DNA from: Clostridia bacterium
Lineage (GTDB): Bacteria; Bacillota; Clostridia; Oscillospirales; CAG-272
DNA length: 45,907 nucleotides
Direction: 5' to 3'
Assembly: GCA_017457465.1 (NCBI GenBank)
Contig: JAFTHJ010000048.1
Coordinates: forward strand, 1-45,907
Part shown: in pieces, positions 16,121 to 25,395 of the stretch
Layout of the letters: each line of letters opens with the position of its first letter
Position numbering within the stretch: position 1 is the stretch's first letter
Translations under genes and position numbers: made by a program
Notes under the pieces: model-generated
Told to the model about the DNA's origin: nothing
Databases searched by the model: none
What the model saw: only the letters and a program-made list of their open reading frames with translations

Positions 16121-17463
16121 TGAATACTCCTATTTACGATTTTGTGCGAAGCTATGCCGCAAGTGATATCTCAAGATTTCATATGCCTGGGCATAAGGGC
16201 GTCCCGCTTCTCGGCTGTGAGCCGCTTGATATCACCGAGATAGCGGGGGCTGACGAGCTTTTTGAGGCAGAGGGAATAATCCTTGAGAGCGAAAAAAACG
16301 CCGCCGCTCTTTTTGGAACGGCGCATAGCTTCTATTCAACAGAGGGCTCAACTCTCGCGATAAAGTCAATGCTCTCGCTTGTTACGGCAAAGGCGCGTTC
16401 CGAGGGAAAAAAGCCGCTCATCTTTGCGGCGAGAAACGCGCATAAGGCATTCATATATGCCTGTGCTCTGCTTGACCTTGAGGTCAGGTGGCTCTATGGA
16501 AACGAGGCTGCGCATCTGTGCGTATGCCGTATTTCCGCAGAGGAGGTCGAGTCGGCGTTGAGTGCCGCATCGGAGCCTCCGTCGGCGCTCTATCTCACCT
16601 CGCCCGATTATCTCGGAAATATAGCGGATATCGAGGGGATAGCGAGAGTATGCCACGCATACGGTGTGCCCCTCGTCGTCGACAACGCGCACGGCGCTTA
16701 TCTGAAATTTCTCACGCCGTCACGCCATCCGATAGACCTCGGGGCGGATATCTGCTGCGATTCGGCACACAAAACACTTCCCTGCCTTACGGGCGGAGCT
16801 TATCTTCACATATCAAAAAACGCCGAGCGCGAATATCTTGAATCAGCAAGAGAGACTATGGCTATATTTGCCTCAACAAGTCCATCGTATCTGATACTGC
16901 AGTCGCTTGATTTGTGCAACAGATATATGTCGGAGGGATATTCCGAGCGCCTCGCCACTTGTGCGGATAAGCTGAAGCACTTGAAAGAAAAGATTTCAGC
17001 GCTGGGCTTCTCCGTAGAGCGCACCGAGCCGCTCAAGCTGGTGATAAACACCGCCAAGTCGGGATATTCGGGCGTTGAGTTTGCGGAGCATTTGAGACTG
17101 CGCAAAGCCGAGGCGGAATTCGCAGACGGCGAGTTCGTTGTGTTAATGGCAACTCCCGAAACAAAAGACTCCGACCTTGACAGGCTATACTCCGCCATTG
17201 CCGAGATTAAGCCCAAAGCGCCTCTGTCCGAAGAGGACTTGCCCCTCTGTGCAGGAGAGCCGTCAGAGCTTTCTATCCGTGAAGCGGTCTTCGCGCCAAG
17301 TGAGACTGTCCGCGCGGACTCCGCCGTAGGACGGGTTTGCGGAGCGCCTACAGTATCCTGTCCGCCCGCGGTTCCGATAGTGGTGAGCGGTGAGCGCATA
17401 ACTCGCTCCGCCGCAGCCCTGCTCTCTCGTTATGGTGTGGAATATATAAGAGTGGTGAAATAA
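16117..17463 (+). CDS. PLP-dependent Orn/Lys/Arg decarboxylase-family protein (YaaO-like)
   Basis: MMNTPIYDF......SRFHMPGHKG N-terminus with DSAHKTLP as the PLP-lysine motif. Its ATG overlaps the scfB TGA (ATGA at 16117-16120). Confidence 0.85.
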   Translation: MMNTPIYDFVRSYAASDISRFHMPGHKGVPLLGCEPLDITEIAGADELFEAEGIILESEKNAAALFGTAHSFYSTEGSTLAIKSMLSLVTAKARSEGKKPLIFAARNAHKAFIYACALLDLEVRWLYGNEAAHLCVCRISAEEVESALSAASEPPSALYLTSPDYLGNIADIEGIARVCHAYGVPLVVDNAHGAYLKFLTPSRHPIDLGADICCDSAHKTLPCLTGGAYLHISKNAEREYLESARETMAIFASTSPSYLILQSLDLCNRYMSEGYSERLATCADKLKHLKEKISALGFSVERTEPLKLVINTAKSGYSGVEFAEHLRLRKAEAEFADGEFVVLMATPETKDSDLDRLYSAIAEIKPKAPLSEEDLPLCAGEPSELSIREAVFAPSETVRADSAVGRVCGAPTVSCPPAVPIVVSGERITRSAAALLSRYGVEYIRVVK

Positions 17464-17464
17464 T

Positions 17465-17498
17465 AAAAGGGGAACTTTTAGAAAAAGTTCCCCTTTTT
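17465..17498. terminator. bidirectional terminator (GGGGAAC hairpin type)
   Basis: AAAA GGGGAACTTTT aga AAAAGTTCCCC TTTTT, placed between convergent genes. Confidence 0.8.
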
Positions 17499-17504
17499 GA
17501 TTGC

Positions 17505-17909
17505 CTATCCTATAAACAATAGCAAAGCAAGAAGCAGGATTATGTCGTCGTCGGCACCGTTTTGAGAAATCAAGAGAATAAGACCTATGATAAGAAGCTC
17601 CTCGAAGCCGAAGCCGCCGGAGAACAATTTCCCGACATTGAAATTAAATGAGGGGAATCTGAACTTTGATTTTTCAGCCTTAAATGCCGAAACGCTCTCC
17701 GTACCCTCCCCCTCGGGGGCTTTTTCTTTTATCGGCTCTACCGCCTCCGCCGCGCCTATCTGCTCCGCCACCGCCTCTAGCCGTTCCGCTTTCACTGCTT
17801 CCGCCTCAACATTCTGGTTCTGCGACTCGGGCTTAAAGGCGTTTCCGCTGTAATTGTCGGGCACTCTCACACCCCCCGAAAATCTGTAATTCGGATATCT
17901 GCTATACAT
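17505..17909 (-). CDS. hypothetical protein with a C-terminal hydrophobic anchor
   Basis: 134 aa. It has a low-complexity Ala/Glu-rich middle and a C-terminal segment ELLIIGLILLISQNGADDDIILLLALLLFIG. Third gene of a tight three-gene operon. I do not recognise a family. Confidence 0.55.
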   Translation of the reverse strand: MYSRYPNYRFSGGVRVPDNYSGNAFKPESQNQNVEAEAVKAERLEAVAEQIGAAEAVEPIKEKAPEGEGTESVSAFKAEKSKFRFPSFNFNVGKLFSGGFGFEELLIIGLILLISQNGADDDIILLLALLLFIG

Positions 17910-17912
17910 AAA

Positions 17913-18386
17913 TTATCCTCCCAGCCCACGGAATATCTCGGAAAGCGCTCCGAGCCTTATCATATAATCCACCGCCTCGCAGCGCTCACGGCTCAAATAC
18001 GGCTTAAGCGCCACAAGCAAACACGCCCTTTTGTCCCTCGGCGCCCCTACCTTTCCCGCGGACACGCTTTTTCCGCCCGAGGAGGAAAGCATTGGCGCTA
18101 TCGCCGCCACAAGCTCGGGCAGCTTATCCATACTCGGCATATTCGCTACACTCGGCACATCCGCCCCAACCGTCTCCACGCTCTCACTACCTGCCTCCGC
18201 CACCTCCGACGACACATTCTCCCCGTCCTTTGACTCGGAGTGATTTCCCCCCAGAGCCGACGCCACCATAGATATAAGCTCGGGATTTGCCATTATCTTA
18301 TCTATCATAGCGGATATCTGCAACCCTCCGTCCGACGCTCCCGCCGTCGGGTCTCTGCTCTTTTCCGCCTCACCTATCTCACTCAT
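17913..18386 (-). CDS. hypothetical protein
   Basis: 157 aa. Acidic and Ser-rich in the middle, with a conserved-looking C-terminus KRACLLVALKPYLSRERCEAVDYMIRLGALSEIF. Gaps to its neighbours are 3 nt and 9 nt. Confidence 0.55.
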   Translation of the reverse strand: MSEIGEAEKSRDPTAGASDGGLQISAMIDKIMANPELISMVASALGGNHSESKDGENVSSEVAEAGSESVETVGADVPSVANMPSMDKLPELVAAIAPMLSSSGGKSVSAGKVGAPRDKRACLLVALKPYLSRERCEAVDYMIRLGALSEIFRGLGG

Positions 18387-18395
18387 ATCTGCCTC

Positions 18396-18620
18396 CTATT
18401 TTCCTTTTTTCTTGTTCTGCTCATACATCTCGGCAACACGGGCAAGGTCGCTGTCGGTAGCGCCCGAGAGCGCCTGTCTTATGCTCTGTATATCCGAAAC
18501 ATTGATGTTAAAGGTCGCGGGGTCTATCCCGCTGTCCGCCGCAAGCTTATTGATAACATTCTTCAGCTGACGGTCGTTAAGCGAAAGAAGCTTTTCAAGG
18601 GACTGACGGTCGATTTGCAT
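18396..18620 (-). CDS. hypothetical small protein
   Basis: 74 aa from the ATG preceded by GGAGG with a 7-nt spacer (MQIDRQSLEKLLSLNDRQLKNVINKLAADSGIDP...). First gene of the three-gene operon. Confidence 0.5.
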   Translation of the reverse strand: MQIDRQSLEKLLSLNDRQLKNVINKLAADSGIDPATFNINVSDIQSIRQALSGATDSDLARVAEMYEQNKKKGK

Positions 18621-18801
18621 ATATGTACCTCCAAAACTTGAATTTAGGTCTTCACGCAAAGTATATGTCTTTTTCCGCTTTTCGGTGATTATTCTTTAAT
18701 TTTTCAGCTCACCCGTGAATAATAAAATGCAAAAAGCTGTAGACTTTGGGGCGGCAATATGTTATAATTGAATGGAATATAAATTTAGGCGGAGGAAGTA
18801 A

Positions 18802-19755
18802 ATGAAATTTTATTTTGTTCTCAACCCCAAAGCAGGTAAAGGCGGACATACACAGGAGCTGGAGAAAAATATCCGTCTCGTCTGCGAGAAAAAAGAAATT
18901 CCTTTTGAGATATATATGACCACGGGAGTTGGAGACGCAACCGCTTTCGTTAAAAAAATATGCTCGGACGGGGCAAATCTCCCCGCGAGATTCTATGCCT
19001 GTGGCGGAGACGGAACCTTCGGAGAGGTAGTCAACGGCGCGGCTGATACAGCGGGTGCGTCGGTCGGAGTGATTCCTGTCGGCACAGGCAACGATTTCGT
19101 GAGAAACTTCGCTCCCGCCGAAGCCTTTTTCGATATAGAAGCGCAGATATCGGGTGAGGAAACAAGAATAGACCTGCTCAAGTGCAACGACTCATATGCG
19201 GTAAATATGATAAATATCGGATTTGACTGCGAGGTCGTAAAAAAGACCGCTAAACTGAAAAAGAACGCCCTTGTCCCATCAAAACTCGCCTATATCGCGG
19301 GAGTGGTCAGTACGCTCATCAAAAAGCCGGGGGTCAGAGCGAGCGTTTCCTTTGACGGCTCGGAATTTACCGACAAGAGATATCTTTTGACCACCTTTGC
19401 CAACGGCTCGTTCTGCGGCGGCGGATTTCACTCGAATCCCTTCTCAAGCCTTACAGATAAAAAGGTAGACGGGCTTCTTATAAACAATGTCTCCAGAATG
19501 AAATTCATCTCCCTTATAGGAAGCTATAAAAAAGGCACTCACATCGTGCCCAAGAACGACAGTGTTCTCAAGAACGGCAAGTACGAAAAAATAATCTTCA
19601 AATTCCCGCAAACGCAGAGCGCGAGTATCGACGGAGAGATATTCGATTTTGATGAACTTTGCATAGAATGTGTGCCGAACGCTATCGACATCATCCTCCC
19701 CGCGGGAGTCTCAAACCCCTACGCCGAGAAAACGCGCGAGACGGTTATGGCATAA
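18802..19755 (+). CDS. diacylglycerol kinase-family lipid kinase (YegS/BmrU-like)
   Basis: 317 aa with the GGDGTFGEVVNG motif and a GTGNDF motif. A GGCGGAGGAAG ribosome-binding site precedes it. Confidence 0.85.
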   Translation: MKFYFVLNPKAGKGGHTQELEKNIRLVCEKKEIPFEIYMTTGVGDATAFVKKICSDGANLPARFYACGGDGTFGEVVNGAADTAGASVGVIPVGTGNDFVRNFAPAEAFFDIEAQISGEETRIDLLKCNDSYAVNMINIGFDCEVVKKTAKLKKNALVPSKLAYIAGVVSTLIKKPGVRASVSFDGSEFTDKRYLLTTFANGSFCGGGFHSNPFSSLTDKKVDGLLINNVSRMKFISLIGSYKKGTHIVPKNDSVLKNGKYEKIIFKFPQTQSASIDGEIFDFDELCIECVPNAIDIILPAGVSNPYAEKTRETVMA

Positions 19756-19756
19756 A

Positions 19757-20275
19757 ATGAAGCTGCTTGTAATATCCGACTCTCACGGAAGAGCCGACAG
19801 AATAAAGGACGCGTTTGAGCTGAACCGAGATGCCGATTACCTTATTTTTCTCGGGGACGGTATCAGAAATCTTGAATATGCGGAGCTGGGAAATATTCCG
19901 ATAATATCGGTAAGAGGAAATTGCGACCTTTTCGGACTTTCCTCCGATAATCCTCCGCCGACAGAGCTTATTTTGAACCTTGGCGAATATACTTTAATGA
20001 TAGCCCACGGTCACACCCTGCACGTCAAAGAGGGGCTTGACTTTGCAATATCCCACGCCGCAAAAAAAGGCGCGGATATTCTCCTTTTCGGTCATACCCA
20101 CACAAGACTCGATAAATACATCCCCGCGGGAGAGCGGATAGGAAACACGGTACTGCAAAAGCCACTCCGTCTTTTCAACCCCGGAAGCATAGGTCAGCCC
20201 CGCTTCGAAGCCCCCTCGTTCGGACTTATAGGAATAAGAGGCAAGGATGTCCTCACATCATTCGGAGAGCTGTAA
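19757..20275 (+). CDS. YfcE/MJ0936-family metallophosphoesterase
   Basis: 172 aa from the ATG 1 nt after the upstream stop. Motifs: MKLLVISDSHG, GD, GNCD, HGH, GHTH. Confidence 0.85.
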   Translation: MKLLVISDSHGRADRIKDAFELNRDADYLIFLGDGIRNLEYAELGNIPIISVRGNCDLFGLSSDNPPPTELILNLGEYTLMIAHGHTLHVKEGLDFAISHAAKKGADILLFGHTHTRLDKYIPAGERIGNTVLQKPLRLFNPGSIGQPRFEAPSFGLIGIRGKDVLTSFGEL

Positions 20276-20288
20276 TAAAAAAGGAAAA

Positions 20289-20311
20289 GCCGTCCGATAA
20301 AATCGGACGGC
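20289..20311 (-). terminator. terminator downstream of spoVG
   Basis: Stem GCCGTCCGA / TCGGACGGC. On the minus strand it is followed by TTTTCCTTTTTT. Confidence 0.6.
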
Positions 20312-20352
20312 AGGAAATTCACTTTGCGTCGGATATGTTCTCCGCACCTTGT

Positions 20353-20649
20353 TTATACGGGGTCGGCCTCGGTCTCGGGCTGAAGCGCCGCCTCCTCAAG
20401 AGCTTCGTTGTAAGCCGCGATAACCGCATCCTCAAGCATTCCGCGGAACTGCGCGTTGATGGGGTGAACGATGTCGCGGTAGGTCTCATCGGGATTCTTT
20501 CTGCTGGGCATCACGATAAAGAACTTGTCTCTCGCGTTTATGACCTTGATGTCATGCACCGCAAGCTGACCGTCAAAGGTGACAGAAACTATCGCCTTCA
20601 TAGGTCCTTCCTCAAAAATTTTTCTGACCTTAACGTCTGTAATCTGCAT
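20353..20649 (-). CDS. spoVG: septation protein SpoVG
   Basis: MQITDVKVRKI....MKAIVSVTFDG.L.VHDIKVI......F..MPSRK matches SpoVG almost residue for residue. Confidence 0.95.
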   Translation of the reverse strand: MQITDVKVRKIFEEGPMKAIVSVTFDGQLAVHDIKVINARDKFFIVMPSRKNPDETYRDIVHPINAQFRGMLEDAVIAAYNEALEEAALQPETEADPV

Positions 20650-20864
20650 TTTTTATTCCTCCGTTGTTAAAAATATTATATCTTGGTATTTTTATCTCCG
20701 AATATATTATACAATGCAAATTTGACGGTTATTCAATGATTTTGAAATTTTTGTGTGAACAACCTTGAAACATTTTTGCAAATTGAAAATAGAATGTAAA
20801 TAAACAATTATCCATATATGTATATATAAACTTTAACGGGAGGTACTGCCTCGGCAGGGATATT

Positions 20865-22256
20865 ATGTCAACTCCAAACACTCACTTCGGCGCCGAAGAA
20901 ATCGGCAGAATTCTGAAAGAATGTAAAAGCATATATTTTATCGGCATAGGCGGAATAAATATGTCCTCCCTCGCGCACATCTCGCTCAAAAGAGGATATA
21001 TCACGGGCGGCTCGGACAGAACTCCCTCGGCTCTGACGGCAAAGCTTGAGAGCTGCGGAATCAGAATAAACTATTCCCACGACGCCGCGAATATACACGG
21101 CTATGACGCCGTCGTTTATACCGTTGCCATTTCGCCCGACAACCCCGAGTATACCGAGGCGCTGCGGCTCGGTATTCCCTGCATATCTCGCGCCGATTTT
21201 CTCGGCTATGTTATGACAGGCTACGGCAGACGGATAGGCGTCTCGGGTATGCACGGAAAAAGCACCTGCACCTCAATGTGCGCCGCGACCTTTATCGGCG
21301 CGGGAGTCTCTCCCACAGTCCTCTCGGGCGCCGAGCTTGACGTGATGGGCGGAGCCTACACCGTCGGCGAGGGCGAGGATTTTATCTTCGAGGCGTGTGA
21401 ATATATGGATTCATTCCTCGACTTCAACCCGACAGTAGCCATAATTCTGAATATAGAAATGGACCACGTGGATTATTTCCACAGTATCGAGCAAATACAT
21501 AGCTCGTTCGCGAAATACGCCTCTCTGACGGGAGAGGACGGCTTCGCTGTCGCGAACATTGACGATAAAAACGTAATTCTTTCGCTCTCCGATTATAAAG
21601 GTAGGCTTGTCTCCTTTGGAATTACCTCGGAGAATGCGCACTTCAGAGCCGTTAATATAACGGAAACCCGCGGAAAATACAGCTTTGATATTCTGAAAAA
21701 AGGAAAGCTCTTTTGCAACGTCAAGCTTTCCGTAACGGGATATCACAACGTGTATAACGCCCTCGCCTGCGCCGTCGCGGCGGATATCTGCGGCATATCC
21801 CCCGAGGATATCTCGCGCGGACTCGCCTCTTTTGGCGGCGCTAAGCGGCGAATGGAATATAAAGGGAAGCTGGGGGGAGCCGAGCTTTATGATGACTACG
21901 GACACCACCCCACCGAGGTACATACCACCCTGCGGGGAGCAAAGGGACTTGCCGAGGGGCGTCTTATCTGCCTCTTCCAGCCGCATACATATTCGAGGAC
22001 AAAGGCGCTGCTTGAAGAATTTTCTTCTGCCTTCGAGTATGCCGACAAAGTCCTCCTCGCCGATATATATGCCGCGAGAGAGACCGACGACGGCTCGGTA
22101 AGCTCACGCATTCTCGCCGAGAAAATCGGAGAAAAGGCAACATATTGCGGAGATATCCGCAGTGCCGCCGAGGCGCTTCGCGCCGAGCTTCGCGACGGCG
22201 ACGTTGCGCTTGTGATGGGCGCAGGAGATATCTGGAAGGTATTTGATATTTTATAA
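20865..22256 (+). CDS. murC: UDP-N-acetylmuramate--L-alanine ligase
   Basis: 463 aa. IYFIGIGGINMSSLA N-terminal Rossmann fold, GMHGKST P-loop, and Mur ligase middle and C-terminal domain patterns. Confidence 0.95.
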   Translation: MSTPNTHFGAEEIGRILKECKSIYFIGIGGINMSSLAHISLKRGYITGGSDRTPSALTAKLESCGIRINYSHDAANIHGYDAVVYTVAISPDNPEYTEALRLGIPCISRADFLGYVMTGYGRRIGVSGMHGKSTCTSMCAATFIGAGVSPTVLSGAELDVMGGAYTVGEGEDFIFEACEYMDSFLDFNPTVAIILNIEMDHVDYFHSIEQIHSSFAKYASLTGEDGFAVANIDDKNVILSLSDYKGRLVSFGITSENAHFRAVNITETRGKYSFDILKKGKLFCNVKLSVTGYHNVYNALACAVAADICGISPEDISRGLASFGGAKRRMEYKGKLGGAELYDDYGHHPTEVHTTLRGAKGLAEGRLICLFQPHTYSRTKALLEEFSSAFEYADKVLLADIYAARETDDGSVSSRILAEKIGEKATYCGDIRSAAEALRAELRDGDVALVMGAGDIWKVFDIL

Positions 22257-22287
22257 CTCTAATGCTCTTGGAAAGAGGTAAATTTAT

Positions 22288-23058
22288 ATGTACGATGCGA
22301 TAGCGCACGTTTACGATAAGCTTAATAAGGATATAGATTATTCGGCGTGGGCAGATTTTATCGAGAACTGCTTCTCAAAATATCTGCCCGAGAAGCCGAC
22401 ACTCGTGCTCGACCTCGCCTGTGGAACGGGAAGTATGACGCTTGAGCTGGCGGGGAGAGGTCACGATATGATAGTAGTTGACTTGAGCGAGGATATGCTC
22501 AACGAGGCATACACGCGAAGTGAGGGCAAGGGAATCCTCTATCTGTGTCAGGATATGCGAAGCTTTGAGCTTTACGGCACGGTGGGAGCGGTCGTATGCT
22601 GTCTTGACAGCCTTAATTACCTGCTCACCGAGGACGACCTCTCGCTCTGCCTCTCGACCGTTCACAACTATCTTGACCCCGATGGGCTTTTTATCTTCGA
22701 TATGAACACGCCCTACAAATTTGAAAAAATATACGCGGACAACGCATATATCCTTGAGGACGAGATAGATTACGGAGACGGAGAGCCGCCCGCTCCCGTA
22801 TTCTGCGGTTGGCAGAATGAATACGACCGCAAGAGCGGCATATGCGACTTCTACCTTACCCTGTTTGAGGAAGGTCTTGACGGAAAATACTCCCGCTCCG
22901 AGGAGAATCAAAGAGAGCGCTGCTATTCGCTCGACACCGTAAAAAGCTTACTTAAGAAAAGCGGATTTGAATTTATCGGCTGCTTCTCCGACTTCAATTT
23001 CAGCTCTCCCGACGACACCTGTGAGCGCTGGTATATAGTCACCCGCGCCAAGAAATAA
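22288..23058 (+). CDS. class I SAM-dependent methyltransferase
   Basis: Motif I LDLACGTGSMTLELA, followed by the acidic loop VVDLSEDML. Confidence 0.8.
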   Translation: MYDAIAHVYDKLNKDIDYSAWADFIENCFSKYLPEKPTLVLDLACGTGSMTLELAGRGHDMIVVDLSEDMLNEAYTRSEGKGILYLCQDMRSFELYGTVGAVVCCLDSLNYLLTEDDLSLCLSTVHNYLDPDGLFIFDMNTPYKFEKIYADNAYILEDEIDYGDGEPPAPVFCGWQNEYDRKSGICDFYLTLFEEGLDGKYSRSEENQRERCYSLDTVKSLLKKSGFEFIGCFSDFNFSSPDDTCERWYIVTRAKK

Positions 23059-23088
23059 AAAAGAAAACATAAAAACGAGGAAAACAAA

Positions 23089-23991
23089 ATGTCACAAAAG
23101 AATCAGTCTTCAATTCTCCGCGCTATGACGCGTGACGGAAGCGCGAGAATCCACATAATCAATTCGACCGAGATAGTCAACACGGCAGTGAAATATCACA
23201 AAACCTCGCCAACCGCCACGGCAACCCTCGGCAGACTTCTCACGGCAACCTCGATAATGGGATGTATGCTCGGGGAAAAGGATAACAAAATAACCGTCAC
23301 CGTAGGCGGAGAGGGCCCCGCGGGAAGAGTTCTCGCCGTGGGCGACTACTACGGAAACGTAAAGGGATATATACAAAATCCTCTGGTGGATGTTCCGAAA
23401 AAGCCGAACGGAAAGCTCGATGTGGGCGGAGCGGTCGGCGGGGGTATGCTGACGATAATACGGGACACAGGCTCTGACGAGTCCTCCTATACAGGCTCGA
23501 TTCCGCTTGAGAGCGGCGAGATTGCCGAGGATATCGCGGCGTATTACGCAAAAAGTGAGCAGATACCTACGGTATGCGCTCTCGGCGTACTGGTCGAAAC
23601 CGATTACACCTGCCGCGCGGCTGGCGGCGTTCTCATTCAGCTTCTTCCCTTTGCCGCAGAGGAAACGATATGCGCTATAGAAAAAAATATGCCCCTGCTC
23701 TCAAACGTCTCAAGACTGTTTGAGTCTGGCAAGAGCAACGCCGAAATTGCCGAAATAGTTATGCAGGGTATAGAGTACGACATTTTCGATGAGCTTGAGG
23801 TAGATTATGTCTGCGACTGCAGCCGTGAGCGAGTCGGTAAAGCCCTCGCCTCAATAGGCAAGGATAAGCTCTACGAAATGCTCGACGAGCAGCTCGCCGA
23901 GGGTAAAGAGGAACACCTCGAGGTCGTCTGCCGCTTCTGCGGAGACAAGCAGTATTTTACCCGCACCGATGTGGATAAAATGTTCAAATAA
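23089..23991 (+). CDS. hslO: redox-regulated chaperone Hsp33
   Basis: 300 aa. The C-terminal zinc centre CDCSRE....CRFCG is characteristic of Hsp33. Confidence 0.93.
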   Translation: MSQKNQSSILRAMTRDGSARIHIINSTEIVNTAVKYHKTSPTATATLGRLLTATSIMGCMLGEKDNKITVTVGGEGPAGRVLAVGDYYGNVKGYIQNPLVDVPKKPNGKLDVGGAVGGGMLTIIRDTGSDESSYTGSIPLESGEIAEDIAAYYAKSEQIPTVCALGVLVETDYTCRAAGGVLIQLLPFAAEETICAIEKNMPLLSNVSRLFESGKSNAEIAEIVMQGIEYDIFDELEVDYVCDCSRERVGKALASIGKDKLYEMLDEQLAEGKEEHLEVVCRFCGDKQYFTRTDVDKMFK

Positions 23992-23998
23992 GTAATAA

Positions 23999-24035
23999 TG
24001 TGAGGAAAACCTTTTAAGGAAAGGCTTTCCTCACA
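23999..24035. terminator. hairpin between the convergent hslO and cotF-like genes
   Basis: Stem TGTGAGGAAA...TTTCCTCACA with an inner CCTTT/AAAGG extension. There is no strong U-tract. Confidence 0.45.
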
Positions 24036-24075
24036 CTGCTTTCGGGACCTTTTAAACAAAAAGATTCCCCGCGAG

Positions 24076-24333
24076 TTACTCTGCGAACTGTTGTTTGGTT
24101 TGATTAAGCTTTGTGTCCTCGGCTTTTTCGGTTTTATACCAACCCTTGGATGCCATTTCCTGAAAAATTTCATTTTTTATCGCGTGTTCGTCATTAAGAA
24201 GTCCCGAGAGACAATTCATCACCTCGGTAGTTGCGCTCTCGCAGAGAAAGGTATTATACACGCCTGTCAACTGTTTTTCTGCGTTAAGCAGGTCGGTCAT
24301 CATCATCTTGTCGTCGAAGCAATTCTGTGCCAT
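24076..24333 (-). CDS. spore coat protein, Coat F domain
   Basis: 85 aa from the second ATG (MAQNCFDDKMMMTDLLNAEKQLTGVYNTFLCES...), which lies 9 nt after a G7 run. The ORF-track start at 24342 abuts that SD-like run directly. The pattern D.L..EK.....Y......A fits Coat F. Confidence 0.7.
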   Translation of the reverse strand: MAQNCFDDKMMMTDLLNAEKQLTGVYNTFLCESATTEVMNCLSGLLNDEHAIKNEIFQEMASKGWYKTEKAEDTKLNQTKQQFAE

Positions 24334-24349
24334 AAAGAGCATCCCCCCC

Positions 24350-24535
24350 TTACTTTAAATTTGAGAACAACTCATCGTAGTGCCTCTGATGGCGGCAGGC
24401 GAGCTGTTCATATTTTGCCGATATCGCGCTGTCCTGTGTATCGGCGGCAAACTGCTTGTACTTTGCGATAATAGTCTGTTCCATAGAGAGCAGGTCGGAT
24501 ATTCCGCCAAGCTCCTTTGACGTAATTTGAGCCAT
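24350..24535 (-). CDS. small Coat F-like spore coat protein
   Basis: 61 aa. KELGGISDLLSMEQTIIAKYKQFAADTQD......YEQLA..HQRHYDEL fits the Coat F helical pattern. It is paired with the downstream gene. Confidence 0.5.
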   Translation of the reverse strand: MAQITSKELGGISDLLSMEQTIIAKYKQFAADTQDSAISAKYEQLACRHQRHYDELFSNLK

Positions 24536-24607
24536 TTTTATTTCCTCTCTTTCGGATAACTGTGACTATAGTATTTGCAGCTGCGGAAAAAATATGCAGC
24601 TTTGCTA

Positions 24608-24946
24608 TTAACTTATGACCGACTCAATTAAAATTATTTTTTTACCCATTTTTTTAGCATAATTTACAGTGTATTTAGTTCCCTTTGAGTAACCGTCCCA
24701 TATAATCAATGCCATATCGCAAAGCTCTATCATTTTCTCATTCCGTTTAAGTGGTGCACTTCTCCCGTAGAGAGCATATTGCGGACGCAAAATCAACTTT
24801 GATAAACGTTTTTTATCTGCATATTTTTCTGCCAACATATCTATTCCCTCTGCTCCTCCTGTAATAATCATTGTGGTTTCTTTCGGAATGTGTTTTTCCA
24901 AGTCGTATTCCTTGATACTTCTGGATCCAACAATAAGTAATTTCAT
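24608..24946 (-). CDS. SLOG-fold protein (DUF2493 / YspA-like, DprA-LOG superfamily)
   Basis: 112 aa. Pattern: MKLLIVGSRS...MIITGGAEGIDMLAEKYA.......L.P....YG..AP..RN..M....D.ALIIWDG.SKGT. The gene is visibly AT-rich. Confidence 0.6.
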   Translation of the reverse strand: MKLLIVGSRSIKEYDLEKHIPKETTMIITGGAEGIDMLAEKYADKKRLSKLILRPQYALYGRSAPLKRNEKMIELCDMALIIWDGYSKGTKYTVNYAKKMGKKIILIESVIS

Positions 24947-24966
24947 AGCCCCTCCCCGACCTCAAC

Positions 24967-24995
24967 ATAAACCTTATGTGATATATAAGGTTTAT
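24967..24995. promoter_or_regulatory. perfect inverted repeat, candidate operator of the XRE regulator
   Basis: ATAAACCTTAT - 7 nt - ATAAGGTTTAT, located in the divergent control region between the SLOG and XRE genes. Confidence 0.55.
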
Positions 24996-25107
24996 TATAT
25001 TTTATCATATAACAATTAAAAAGTAAATAAGGTAAAATATTTTTGTCAAATATCAGAGTGCTTAATTTTCTTTTTCAACAAATATGGTATAATAAAGCGA
25101 GGATACA

Positions 25108-25344
25108 ATGATAGAAAGTCAATATAAAATGAATTTGATAAAAATAGGCTTGAAAATTGCTTATTACAGAAAGCTTCAGGGAATGACTCAAGAGGAACTT
25201 GCGGAGGCGTGTGATTTGTCTTCCGGTTATATATCACAACTCGAAGCACCAAATTGCTTTTTCTGTCCCTCGCTGAAAACATTATTTAAAATTGCGGAGG
25301 TTCTTGGAACTACGGTTTCAAAGCTTACAGATATAGAAGATTAA
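25108..25344 (+). CDS. XRE-family helix-turn-helix transcriptional regulator
   Basis: IGLKIAYYRKLQGMTQEELAEACDLSSGYISQLE is a canonical HTH_3 motif. The start is either the ATG at 25108 (GAGGA 4 nt upstream) or the ATG at 25129. Confidence 0.8.
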   Translation: MIESQYKMNLIKIGLKIAYYRKLQGMTQEELAEACDLSSGYISQLEAPNCFFCPSLKTLFKIAEVLGTTVSKLTDIED

Positions 25345-25368
25345 TAGCTGTTTTGAATAAACACAAAA

Positions 25369-25395
25369 GGCGTACCCGCTTATCGCAGGTACGCC
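25369..25395. terminator. bidirectional terminator between the XRE gene and citrate synthase
   Basis: Stem GGCGTACC / GGTACGCC, flanked by AAAA and AAATTT. Confidence 0.65.
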
